DNA of 61,712 nt, counting the filler, from Vannella sp. (taxonomy: Eukaryota), in assembly GCA_023345925.1 (NCBI GenBank). It is 4 parts of 4 records of this genome, joined end to end, with 100 filler letters (N's around TTAATTAATTAA, not from the genome) between each part and the next. Parts side by side here need not be neighbours in the genome. Positions count along the whole stretch, not along the records: positions 40,591 to 54,702 come from JAJQQN010001030.1; positions 54,803 to 61,712 come from JAJQQN010001415.1; 2 more parts are not named here. One strand, 5' to 3'. A program made the position numbers and the translations under genes. The stretch's first letter is position 1. The number at the start of each line of letters is the position of its first letter. Of this stretch, positions 45,183 through 57,176 are shown one piece after another. The notes below the pieces were generated by a model, which did no database searches, was not told the DNA's origin, and was given only the letters and a program-made list of their open reading frames with translations.

Positions 45183-48100
45183 ATGGTCAAGCCAAAGAGG
45201 AAGCCGGCAAGCAAGAAGCGACCGAGCCACGCTGTTGCTAGGGATGCAGAGACTCAGACAGACTTGGGAGAGCAGACACGGGAGTGTGTACGGCAGGGTT
45301 GCGGTGGAATAGTGGGAGAAATGGAGATGAGCCCTTGCTCCAAGTGCGAAAGTGGCCCTTATTGCTGCGAGGCGTGCCATCTCTCTCTATGCGAGCTTCA
45401 TCAAGAGCTTGATCGACTGGTGGGACACTTACGTTCAAGTAGTCACTCCTCTCCTCCTCCATAGAGCAAGTAGACCACTCTAACCCTGTCCTTCAGGCAT
45501 TCCCTCCCTGGCAGAACGTTACCAAAGCCGCTGCTGGACGTGGCCAGACCGTGTGAAGGTAGTCCTTGTTTGCTATGGGCTTCATCTTCACAAGGGAAGC
45601 CGGATGGCCCTTTACCATGAGAGCATCTCCGACCGTCTTTGGTCTCTCTGTAACCAACTGGGTCTTACCGCCTTAGAGCGCTCTACCTTGCGACCACTTT
45701 ATGTGCTGTTTGTGGGAGGGTTGCAACCCAAGAGGGCTGCTAAAACGTACGAAGAACAGGCTCGTTCCAAGTTGGAAAGTGAAGTTCCTCAAAGAGGCAT
45801 TGCGAGGGACCTTTATGAGAGAGCGCTGGCTATTTATGAGCAACTAGAAAATGGAGAAAGAAAAGCATTTCTTCTTGACAGCATTGGAGTCCTCTTTCAT
45901 CAAGAACGCAAGTTACACGAAGCCACATCTTATTGCAAACACTCCCTTGACACTCTGAAGCCACTTTACCACAAAAAGGAAAAGGATACTGCTATAATGG
46001 AAGCCTTTAATGGCGTTTGCCAGCACTTGGCTCAACTTTATTGTGAGCAAAGTAACTTCGCAGAAGCAGAGCCCTTGCTGCGGATATCTGTTGAGATCTT
46101 ATCGAAAGCTGGTGGTCCTTGCAAAGAATTGGTCGAGCCTCTCGGCAACTTAGCCATTGTGCTTCATCAGCTGGGTCGCTTACCTGAAGCAATGAAAGAG
46201 AACGAAAAAGCTTTCAAAGCGGCAACTTCCAGAAGTGGAGATTCAAACAAAACTGATGAAGAGTCTAAGACGATGATCCTGATGAACATGGCCACTATTA
46301 GTCGCCAGCAAGGTCACTTTTCCCAAGCCATGAAATTGTACAATCAAGTTCACGACATCTTTTCCAAGGTTCCTGATATGAAGCGAACTGCAGAGTACGC
46401 ACGACTTCTATCATATATGGCTATTATTCAAATGGAACAAGGTCGATTCTCTGAAGCTATTGCGTTGAACCAGGAGTCCATTGAGATCCAAAATGAGTTG
46501 CCCTTACAAAGCATGAAAGAGTATGCCAACGTTCTCCAGAACAATGCAGTTATCTCTCTTGAGCAAGGTCGGTTCTTAGAAGCAATGAACTTATGCCAAA
46601 GAGCCTTAAAAATCCACGAAGCGATCTCTGAACCCGACAACAAAGAGTCGGCTTTTGTTCTCCAAACAATGGCTTCCATTTATCACGCACAAGGCAACTT
46701 CTCTGAAGCCTTAAACTCGGAAGGCCGATCACTCACCATCCTCCAGCATGTTTGTGGACAAAAAAGCCTCGAGTGTGCTGAGGTGCTTTACAACATGGCC
46801 ATCATCCACCAAGATCTCGGGAATTACCGAGAAGCGATGGAACAGAACAACCAATCATTGGACATTTTCGAAACCGTGTTTGGGCGAGACAGTGAGAAAA
46901 CGGGATTGTCTTCTATTCAGTCACTCAAGACTGCTTTGCACATGAAAATGCTGGGAGAGGATGTTAGTAATTACGTGGTCCCGCAAGTTCATGTCAATAA
47001 CTCAGGGTTTTCCTTTGGAGAGAGCAGGCTTCATCAATTAAACGGTTTATCCCACGCGTGGAGCTGCCTTGATGATTCCTTTATGAAATCTCAGGGTCTG
47101 CGCGTATTGCAAGCTGCAAATTGTCCATCTATTGGCACTTCCTTGGAGTCAATCAGGCATTTATGGAAGCTATTACAACGTCAACTGGTTATCGATTTGG
47201 GTGCAAAGAAGCACTCACTTTCGTCCATTGCAAGAAACATGACTTGTGAGATCGCCATGCGCGTGCTTCATTTACTTGACCAGTCTTTTGGCCGATTCTG
47301 CCGGGAGTTAGGGAGTCTCAAGGATGCCTACTTTCCTTCTTGTGACAGCGATACTGATCTTATCAAGAGGCTTGAAAATAGTGGCTTTGGGAAGATATCT
47401 CTAGAAGAATTGGATCACACATCCGCTCAAGTGACCTCGCCACTCCCACAAAGTATCTCGAAGAAGGAACTCGACGAAGCGGTGAAAGCAATCCGAAGGA
47501 TGCAAACTTATCCCGCTTTCGAAAGTGGAGAAAAGACAGTTGGGTGGTGGGAGGCACTTAAAAACATCGCCAATGACACTAAGCACGTGCGGTTGGTCCC
47601 CCAATCCGTCAAGTCGGATATCAAGAAGTCCTTCCGTTGGAACGACGAGAGAAAAGTATCTATTCTGATCGACTACAGCGAGCCTTCCCCACAATTGACA
47701 TCCTGGTCCTTTTTCCTCTTTGCAAATGGATCTGATCTCTTTGGAAAGCACTCAAGTCTGCTTAGAGAGGTCTCAATGCGACTCAAGCAAGTATTGTTAG
47801 AGAATCCTCCTTTCTTCAAGCAGCAACGCCGGCGAAACGGCACTTTCTTCATTCCCAGTAGAACACTTCGATTGAGGTGGAAAGATGGAGAGTGCGACCA
47901 AGTTATTGAAGAGATCATTCAGCGGATGAATGCCCAAGATGGGGGATTGGCTGAATACTTCCATAGTCACACTTCTCAAGGGAAAGAGATGCTCCGCAAC
48001 TTTCTTTCCATCCGAATCAACCGATTGTCTTCAGAAGATACCTCTTGGAAGCCAGATTTCTCGTGTGACCTTGGAGTTCTGTTTGAAGAGGCACTTGGGG

Positions 48101-49929
48101 ATGGCCCAAACTCTGTCGAAGCTCTCCTGAAAGATCTTCTTGTTCCTTTGAAAGCATCCCAATCCTCTACTATCCAGCTTCCAGTGCACCCTGACCAAGT
48201 CTCAGAGGTAGAAAAGTCATTTTTGGAATTGTATGGCAAACCGGCTCCCCTGAAAAATCAAGTCTGCGAGCGTTGCCATGAATGGAGACAACTTGCACTT
48301 GCTTGCGTTTCAGACGAAAATAGTGAACAGTTTCGTTGGTTAGCAGAAGAGTGTTATCGCCAAGCAACAAAGCTTAGTAACATATCTTACGAACTGAATT
48401 CTGTTCGGTCGATTGCAAGCTCTTTACTGGATCTCTTCAACACGCAATTGCATAATCAACACTATTTTGGAGCCAGAAACTCTCTGAACTTGGCAAAGAT
48501 GTACATTTCTGACTTTGTCCCAGTAGGACAGCGATATCTTGAAGAGATTAGCGGGAAGACTGGGCCTATCTCATCTTCAGAAAGAGAAGAGTTTTTGAAC
48601 CGCTCAACCGCGGCATGGATTCAACAAGAGTCTCTTACCAAATTGCCAGACAAAGGATGTCTTGATTTGGTAGAGCAGTTGCAGTACAACAAAGAACAGC
48701 TGCATCGTCTCAAATGCAGCCAACTCAAATTGGCCGGCCTTGATGCACAGGAAAGCTTGCAGGCTAAATGCATGTCCCAAGCATACACAATTGCCATTCG
48801 GTTCCGCAACCTGATTGACCAATGTACAACTCGCCTACTTCAGAATTCTTTCTGTAAACAGATGCACTCTCAAGAGACCGATTTCATCGTCTTACAAGTA
48901 GCTTTGGGCTTTGCTGGATCTAGAAAAAGTCTCGAATTGCATTTAGAGAATGATCTCTTAACAGACTTCCCTTCTCCAAGCATCTGCTTCGAAGTGAAGG
49001 CACAGGATCCCCCAAGGGAGCTCACTATTCACTTGAAGGAACTACAACAGCAGACGTGGGTGACAAAAAAGTTATTAACGTGCCAAACAGGAGAGTGCAC
49101 TTGGATAGAGCTCTCTCCTCAAGAGGAAAATTGTCACTTCTGGTTGCTCACTTCGGATGATGACTCAAAGAATGACCCTGCAGCAGGATTGAAGTTCAAA
49201 CTTAAAGATAATGTAGAATCCAGCGAGTTCAAAGTGACTCCAACCAGTAAACCTAATTGGAAAAAATACGTTCATGACAAATTGGACGGCTTTTACCAAT
49301 CAACGGAGGGGAGAAGAGTTCTCTCCATTCTTGAGTCCCTGCAACCCTTTGCACACGAGATCAATCACCCTCATCGTGACTGGCTCCTTCTTCTCATCGA
49401 CATCACCAACAAGGCAAAGCACGTTAAAGAGTTCGTCCCCGTCCTGCACAAGGAGTCTGTCCGTACCTGTGACGACCTACTTTGCTTCGAAGTTGAGGAA
49501 ATTGGCTTTTCTTCTCATAGTTTCATTGACAATGTGAAAACTGGTGATTACAATAGCCGGTTGAAGTATTCCGATAGACTACTAGCTTCTTTAAGGACGC
49601 ATGCCAAGTACCTTCTCTTAGATAAGTCTGGAAATGCCACAGAGTCCCTTCTGGGCAAATCACGAGACGAATTTGTGACGTTGATGCGGTCGCACGAGCT
49701 TGCCAACCAATTCAATTGGGGGGATGTCACCAATCGCATTTGGGAGCACCGTAACACTGTTATAAGAAAGGATCTTCAGAGAGTCCACCAACAAAACGTG
49801 GCCAGACAATCGCAGAGAACCGCGGATGGGCCCTCAACGCAACCCCGCAAAGTCAATGTTGTCCCATTCCTCCAAACCATTCTTGAAGAAGTGACTCTTT
49901 TCATTTCTCACTTGGAAATCCAAAAGTAA
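45183..49929 (+). CDS. MYND-like finger + TPR array + two tandem HEPN-like modules
   Basis: Exon 1 has CSKCESGPYCCEACH; an inferred intron lies at about 45439-45496. Kinesin-light-chain-type TPRs run from about 45800 to 46900. The C-terminal half has two modules with LxDQ..Q(T/P)(Y/F)..W..L..I.N..KHV. Confidence 0.75.
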
Positions 49930-50006
49930 TCTCTCCCTTCGATTCTTCAGCCTTAGTAAAGATAATCTCATTTGGTCAATACCACAACAAAAGCGGACGG
50001 TAAACC

Positions 50007-51749
50007 TCAGTTAGAGGGTGTTTCTTTCGGGCTGGATGGGTGAATGCTCTTCCACTTGAGCTTTTTGGGAGATTTAAGGGCATCTAACACACTTTGAGCC
50101 ACTAATGAGCCCAAATCCGCTGCCTGAAGAAAAAGTTCAGAGGCTTTGCGTGGGTCTCTGGCCACTTCGATGCCTGAGTAGTACATTTCGCCCAGTTTGA
50201 ACGAAGCTTCTGCATGACGCAGTGTGGCAGCCTTCTCCAGATGGAAGAAAGATCGACTTTGGTCTGCTTCAGTGACACCTTTCTTGCCTTTCCGGAAGAG
50301 AAGGCCCAATTGGTAATGTCCCTCGGCACAGTCTTGCTTTGCAGACTCAAGTAACCAGTGAAGAGCATTGGGATCATCTTTACGGAGAAGCAGTTTGCCT
50401 AGATTCACCTGCGCTTGAAGATCCCCTCCTTTGGCTGCTCCAGTGAGCCATTGAGTGGCCTGTTCAGGTTCCTTTTCTGCGAAAATCACTCCCAATTGCA
50501 CCATGGACTGATGGTCACCAGCATCAGCAGCTCGCCTAAACCATTCAATAGCCTTCTCTCGACAAACAGGAACGCCATCGGCACCGCTCAAATAAGCTTC
50601 GGCCAATCGCTTCTGAGCTTCCAAGTGACCCGCAGCGGCCGCCTTTGTCAACCAATCTAGAGCGTCACTCTGAGAAACTGCGATCCAGCCACTCCCAGTA
50701 GCATTAAAGAGCTCAAATTGAGCATCGCTGGACCCCTTTTGAGCTGCACTTTGAAGCAGAGAAGAGGCCTCTTCAGGATAGGGAGTTGTGGATGCCCCAG
50801 AAACCTGCGCTTCTTTCCACAGCATCTGAGAGAGATGGTATTCGGCATCAGCTGACCCCTGAGCCCCTGCAAGACGGAGCCATGAGACGGCTTCATCCGA
50901 TTGGCCCTCCTGGTAGCACAGAAGACCCATTAGCGTTTGTGCTCGTTCGAATCCACTCTTTGCCGCTGGAAGGCAGAAGCTTCGGGCCTTTTTGAGATCG
51001 CAGTCACCAAAAGTACCGTAAAAGTAGATCACTCCGAGACTATACTGTGATATTGCATGGCCCTGTGATGCTGCCTTTTCGTACCAGAATAGAGAGTTAG
51101 AAGTTTGATTCAATGTCTGTTGGTAGAGGAGAGCCAGGTTAAACTGTGCGTTGATAATCCCTTTCTCCGCTGCGGCTTTCAGAAGCTCCTCTGCCTTTTG
51201 AAGGTGTTGCTGCGCGTTTGGGGTCTGGTCGCTCTTCATGAGAGTCTCATGTCTCAATGCTTCATCGTAAAGCTGTAAGTGGAGGAGCCCAAGGTTGCAC
51301 AGAGCCGGGGCGAAGTCTTGAGCGGCAGCAAGTTGGTAATACTCCATCGCCTCTGCTTGGTTAGGGGTACCAACCAGCCCATGACTAGCGATCAATGCAA
51401 GGTTGTACTGGGCGTTGGGATATCCATTGCGAGCGGCTTCCAGAAAGCTGAGGCGAGCTCGAGAGTGGTCAGGATGATCCTGCCCTGAAGGGGAGAGATA
51501 GAGAAGGCCCATCTCATGATGAGCTTGAGTATGCCCTTGGTTAGCAGCCTCTTGAAGCCAGAACAGAGCCTTGGGAGTGTCCGGAGCCACGCCTTCGCCA
51601 CGGCGAAAAGCTTTTCCCATCCAGAACTGAGCTTCCACGTCCCCCCCTTCCGCCATCCTCTCGACAGAACCCCAATCGAACGCTTTCACTTGCTGCGAAC
51701 TCCAACGGACGGCCCTCCAGCCGCCACCCAGCCTCCATCGCGACATCAT
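50007..51749 (-). CDS. Sel1-like repeat protein, probable mitochondrial transit peptide
   Basis: More than 10 repeats such as AQYNLALI, AQFNLALLY, SQYSLGVIY and AAxQG. Arg-rich, acid-free N-terminus MMSRWRLGGGWRAVRWSS. An upstream ATG at 51800 is also possible. Confidence 0.88.
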   Translation of the reverse strand: MMSRWRLGGGWRAVRWSSQQVKAFDWGSVERMAEGGDVEAQFWMGKAFRRGEGVAPDTPKALFWLQEAANQGHTQAHHEMGLLYLSPSGQDHPDHSRARLSFLEAARNGYPNAQYNLALIASHGLVGTPNQAEAMEYYQLAAAQDFAPALCNLGLLHLQLYDEALRHETLMKSDQTPNAQQHLQKAEELLKAAAEKGIINAQFNLALLYQQTLNQTSNSLFWYEKAASQGHAISQYSLGVIYFYGTFGDCDLKKARSFCLPAAKSGFERAQTLMGLLCYQEGQSDEAVSWLRLAGAQGSADAEYHLSQMLWKEAQVSGASTTPYPEEASSLLQSAAQKGSSDAQFELFNATGSGWIAVSQSDALDWLTKAAAAGHLEAQKRLAEAYLSGADGVPVCREKAIEWFRRAADAGDHQSMVQLGVIFAEKEPEQATQWLTGAAKGGDLQAQVNLGKLLLRKDDPNALHWLLESAKQDCAEGHYQLGLLFRKGKKGVTEADQSRSFFHLEKAATLRHAEASFKLGEMYYSGIEVARDPRKASELFLQAADLGSLVAQSVLDALKSPKKLKWKSIHPSSPKETPSN

Positions 51750-52144
51750 TCCCCAAAGGGCGAAGAGAAAGTGATCCTTGCACTCTTCAGCCATCCTCAT
51801 TGGCTAGAAAGATGAGAAAGAAAGAGACGCTTCCCATGAGAGTCCCCAAAGCAGAGTTCTCCGCTTCCAGAGACTTAAAGATTGACATTCCGGCAACGCA
51901 TCTCTCGAAGGGACTGAAGCAAAGTGCGTTGCGAGCAACCCGCCCTTCCTCTTACCTCTAATCGACATCCTCTAACTTCTAGCACCCCACCAAGGGCCTC
52001 AAATCAAGCGGAACGGGCCTTCCCTTTGAAGGGACTTTGTGATGGCTCTAAAACCGGTCAAATCAAAGATAAGTCGTTTCTCACATCAAGTTAAGGAGCA
52101 ATGACGACATTTAGACGGCTCAAACGGCTTTAAACGGCTATTTG

Positions 52145-54702
52145 ATGGAGTCCGCTCACTGCGAACGCTTCTTAGGGCACCTGGCTAGCCTGGAGCAGGC
52201 TCGCGAGGAGTGGGAAATGGCGTTGGGAGAGACAAAGAGCTTCTGTCGGGTGTTCCGCTGCAACGATCTGGAGAATGAGAACGAGCTAGCGAGTGGGTTC
52301 TCTTCTTTCTCCTCCCCTTTCCCGCTCTGACATGATGTGGGCAGCGTCTAGCCTACAAACGATGGAGGAGATCTTCTTCCGGCTGACAGAACTATCCCGG
52401 GCGCTACTGTCAGCCTATGACAACCAAAGTGCGCGCTCAGCCATCATCCGTGCTTCCGAGCTCTTAAAGGGCTCCAGCAGCGCTGGCAAGTCAAACGGGC
52501 TGCTTCTCATGCAGCAGACCATCTTCCAATGTACAAAGACTGCCTTGGCAGGCGTCCAAAGGATCGCCGAGCGCGTTAGTCTCATCCCCGACCTCGGGGA
52601 GTGGCCCGAAGGCGCTCTCATCTCGCTCTCACAAGGAGACGATGCAGACACTCCGAAAAGAGCAAGTGGCGAGGTATCTTCGGGTTCTAAAGCTGTAGTG
52701 AACCCCAAAAAGCACAGATCCCTCACACTTCTTCGCGATAATGCTTTGGTGTCTCAGTCAGCGCCATCCCCAACGTCGGACATCGCTAGCCATGTGCCTG
52801 TAAAGGGTGTAGCACCTTTATCTCCACAAGTTCCTGTCCCTGTGCCTCGTTCCCCACCAAGTGAGAGAGCAAGCGAAGAGAAAGGATCGAGTTTGTCTGG
52901 CATGAAGAAGTTCCTCAATGCTAAGCGAGGCAAGCGAGAGCCTCAACGAAAGCATTCTTCTTCTTCATCAGTGACTTCAGCTCTCCCTTTAACGGGTTCT
53001 GAGCCCTTGAGGAGGACAACGGCAAGTGAAGGAGTGAAGCCAAAGCCTTCTGGACTTGTTCCAGCGAGTGATCATGTGCGAGGCCTCTCAGAAGGGGGTA
53101 GTGGAGAGTTCACAGTGGGCTCTGATGAGTTCCTGTCCGTGTTAAGGACACTCGAGAGTGATGACCAGATCTGCTTCGATTACAACCCGATGGACCCTTC
53201 CTTACCTGTCGTGCGCTACGCCACACTCCCTAAGATGATAGAGAGACTCACTCAGGCCCAGCTACCTCAAGATATCGAGTTCCGATCGATTCTCTTCCTC
53301 ACTTATCACTCGTTTAGCTCTTCTCAGGAGATTGCCACGCTTCTATCAGACCGTGTGGAGCATTCTGACATGAACTCCTCACCTATGGACCACCTCAGGA
53401 TTGTCCTGAGAGTGGTAGCAACCATCAAGTCATGGATTGATGGTTCTCCAAGAGAATTTAGGGAAGGAACCGCACTTAGAGACCAAATCCTTCGGATTGT
53501 GCGGGAGCAAATAGTTCCCATCACTGCTGCTGGGGCCGAGATCATCTTTGGAGCGTTTTCACCTCAAATCCCAATCACTCGCAATCTCACTCGAAGTCGA
53601 ACTTGTGCGGTCACTTGCCCGCCCATTGCCATTGATGACTTTGCGGTGCTAGCTCCCGATCGTATCTGCTTAGCAGGTTTGTTCTTTTGCGGTCTTGATG
53701 GACTTGGACTGATTTTTGGATAGAATTGAGTTCGTTAGAAGTGGCACGGCAACTGACATTACTCTCCGCTTCTCTGTTTGCCAAGCTGACTCCAGCTGAG
53801 TTTTGTGACAAGAACTGGTGCCGTGAAAACAAGCGCGAGCTTTCTCCCAATATTCTGGCCATTATTGCTCAATTTAACAAGGTGCGTTCTATTTCAGAGG
53901 CCACACCAAATGCTCATTTTGTGAAGATGAGTATGTGGGCCAGTAGCGAGCTATTGCAGCCTTTCTCTGTCAAAAAACGAGGGCCCATGCTGAAAAAACT
54001 ACTTGAGATTGCCAAAGTAAGCAAAACGAGAGAATGAATGATTTGGGATGCTGACTGAAGGGTAATTAGCACTTTCTTGAGTTGAACAATTACCAAGGGC
54101 TGATGGCAATACTCTCTGGTTTAAATAGCAGCCCATTGAAACGGTTACAACTCACTTGGGCGTGTTTGGATGAGAGCGAGAAAGAATTTTACGACAAAAT
54201 TCACTCACTTATGCACTTCCAGAATGGCTACAAGAGCTATCGAGCAGCATTAGATCTAATTCCTAATGGGTCATGCGCATTACCCTTCATTGGCGTGTTC
54301 CTAACGGATTTGGTGTTCATTGAAGATGGGAATCCGACATTTGTGAGCGAAGGAAAGGTGAATTGTTTCAAGTTCAAGATGATCCACAAAGTGATCAATC
54401 AAGTACTCAAACACTCCTACACGTATGAGCTGACAGATGTTCCTGCCATAGCAAAGTGGTTTGACGATTTTGTTGTCATAAGTGAGGATGAAGCATACGA
54501 TTTGAGCACCAAATTAGAGCCCAGAGACAAGAGTGAAGCTCTGGAAACACTCTTACAAACAGAAGACACTCTCAGAAAAGAGTTAGAGGTCACGAAGATG
54601 CAGAACGAGATATTCCAAGTACGCCACTCTATGAACCATTCATATCTCCTTCCATCTAACATTCCATTCAGGCACGAGAGGTTGAGAACGCCAAGATGAT
54701 TG
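52145..54702 (+). CDS. RasGEF (REM + CDC25 domains), multi-exon, 3'-truncated
   Basis: REM: ATLPKMIERLT..FLTYHSF..RVVATIKSWI. CDC25: EVARQLTL, SPNI..FN, LNNYQGLMAILSGL, LPFIGVFLTDLVFIEDGNP. Confidence 0.9.
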
Positions 54703-54802
54703 NNNNNNNNNNNNNNNNNNNNNNNNNNNNNNNNNNNNNNNNNNNNTTAATTAATTAANNNNNNNNNNNNNNNNNNNNNNNNNNNNNNNNNNNNNNNNNN
54801 NN
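54703..54802. other. Artificial contig spacer
   Basis: N44-TTAATTAATTAA-N44. Confidence 0.98.
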
Positions 54803-54803
54803 T

Positions 54804-55010
54804 CCCGTTGTCTCTTCTGGCACCAACCTTTTCATCACTTTCGTGTCGGACAGCTCTGTGAACCGCCGCGGCTTCTCTGCCAGCTACGGTACCGCCACAC
54901 ACCGCCCTCACACTCCTCATCCCGCTCAAACCCGTGGCTCCGAGCCCACCCGCGCCCAGCCTCCAGGTCCCAGCGTGGCAGCCAGCCCCACTCCCAAGCG
55001 CACCCGCTAA
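54804..55010 (+). CDS. 3' end of a CUB-domain protein (absent from the ORF track)
   Basis: Reads PVVSSGTNLFITFVSDSSVNRRGFSASY (CUB C-terminal strands), then a Pro-rich tail to TAA at 55008-55010. Confidence 0.75.
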   Translation, partial: PVVSSGTNLFITFVSDSSVNRRGFSASYGTATHRPHTPHPAQTRGSEPTRAQPPGPSVAASPTPKRTR

Positions 55011-55059
55011 AGGAGGAGCTCTCAGATAAAGCCACTTTACTGCCTTCTCGCTTCCGTCA

Positions 55060-57026
55060 CTATTCCGCGATGTCGTCGTCATCAAGAGTCACTCGCGTCC
55101 TTTCCTCTTCTTCTCCACTCTCCTCTCCACTTGCCTCTATCGCACTCTCCTCTTCCTCTGGAACGTCTCCTTCTTCCATCGCGTCCTCTTCCTCCTCTGG
55201 GACGTCTTCTTGGCCTTCCTCCTCGACCACTTCCATTTGGTCGTCCGCCGGTTCACTTTCGTCCTCTTCTTCATTCACCTTCTCGTACGAGTCCCCAATG
55301 GCAGCGAAAGTGACTTGATGAGTGGCTGGCGAGTACGAAGCAAACGAGAACTCTTGAGCAAAGGCGGACGGGTTCAACACTTGGCAGCCGTCTTCGTCCA
55401 CCCCAAACTGCTCGCAAGCTGCGTCTGCTAGTACAAGCTTCCGACATGTTAGCCACTGCCTTTCTAAAAGGACGGAAAGTGGAACGTACCGCATCAGGGA
55501 GAATGTCCAATCGCAGCGAAAAGTCCCATTGCCAGTAAACCGGATTGACTTGGAGGGGAAGGGGAGATAAGTGCCCTTGGCCTAAGATATACTGCGCATA
55601 CTGTGCGTGAAGTTCTTCCCCCACTTCCAAAGCACACAAAGGCTCCAAAGCAGGCAACGCCAAGCGTTGGATCTTCCCCAAAAGGTCGTCGCGATGGACA
55701 ACAACGTCTCTTCCGTAGAACTTGATTCGGCAAGGGTTACTGGCAAACCGCACATTCTCCAGCTTTGCTAAAGACTTGACAAAAGGCGATGCAATAGCCC
55801 TGCGAGGGAGAATACCGCTAGCAAAAGGATCGTTCGGTCCAGGAACCAAAAGAATCTCGGAATGTCGACTCAATAACGGGAAGCTGGAAATGATTTCCGC
55901 CAACTGCTCAAAGCCACGAGTATAGGCAGCAGTATTGGTCCCTAAACTATCCAGAGGGATGGAATGGAAGTTACCAACAAGCACAAACAGCTCTGGAAGG
56001 AATCGGTTCGCACAATATCCTTCGAAGAGTGTTCGCAGCTTTTGGCGGACTGCAGGGCGGTCCAGCCAGATCTCACATAACACAATCATCGTCGAGGACT
56101 CTGGAACCTCTCCAGAGAAGCGCTCTTCATCAGCAAAGGAAGGAAAGTGTTGAAAGAATGATTCTCGGGATTCCACTTTTGGGGGGCCAAGCAACGACAC
56201 CACGAAGATTCCTCCTTTCATTTCTCCTTGTGCTAATACAACCATTCCTTCTGAATACAGCGCTGGCATTACATCCTGCTCATTCCTCTCCATTAGAGAA
56301 TGCCAGTAAACCAGAATCTCACTTGAATGCACTTACTGTGTCTCCTTCTTGTCCTTCCTTCTTCAGAGAGAGCTTCACGTAACCAGAGAGATCTTCCAAG
56401 TACAAGAACTCGTCGTCAATCCGTGAGAGAAACCCAAGAACGGACTGAGAACCTCGCGAACCCACCAACTCTTCCACCGTTGTCAAGCGGATGCCTTCCT
56501 GCGTCTTCATAAACCCTTCACTACTCTGGAACATCGCATCCCTGAGTAGTCTACGATGAATCGACTCCAGCCGCTGGCGCATGAGCAAGATTTTCCCATC
56601 GGAAGGTCCATGAAGGAGAGTCTGTTCTCCTTCTGGTGCTTTCCTGAGGCAAGGAGAGTCATGTTCATGCTAGAGAGGACGGTTGAGGTTATGTGCTTAC
56701 CTATCGAAGGTGTTCCGGCTGCTATTGTAGTGGAGGAGCGAGAAATCGAAGGCATCCGTTAGGACGATCGCCTTCTCCTCTTTCGTCATCGTTTGCTTGT
56801 TGTAGAGGCTCTGGAGTGCTTGATTCAGTTGCTCTAGTGTTACTACGCAATGTGTTGACTGTTCTGCGGAGGTTTGAGCTTTCAAGTCCTCCAAAACAGC
56901 TTGAACAAGTGCCACTCGGGTCTCTTCCTCGCCCTGTTGGTCCAACACAGCCCGTAACGAGTTCATCGCATCAACCCGTAGAGAGAAGCCCTCTTGCTGA
57001 AATGCTCGAATGTGCTTCTTCATCAT
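55060..57026 (-). CDS. POLE2: DNA polymerase epsilon subunit B, multi-exon
   Basis: IWLD..KLRTLFEGY, FVLVGNF, LVPGPNDP..ILPR, SNPCRI, QGHLSPLP..PVYW..SLRL..LPD / LVLAD, CQVLNP. Confidence 0.9.
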
Positions 57027-57176
57027 CCTCGCCCTCAAATGCTCTCTTTTCCATGCCACCACTCTTCAAACCATTTTCCCGCCCTTTTCCTTTTCTCTCG
57101 CCATTCCTTCAGAATTTAAAAAATAAAAAAATCCTCTCCAAGGAAGGGAAAAAAGCTTAAAAATGCCATATTCTTG

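Noticed and set aside
1..49929. A defence island made of TRANK1, the ABC-ATPase relic and TPR-HEPN
   Set aside because: They are on different contigs and interspersed with housekeeping genes; only the individual genes are reported.
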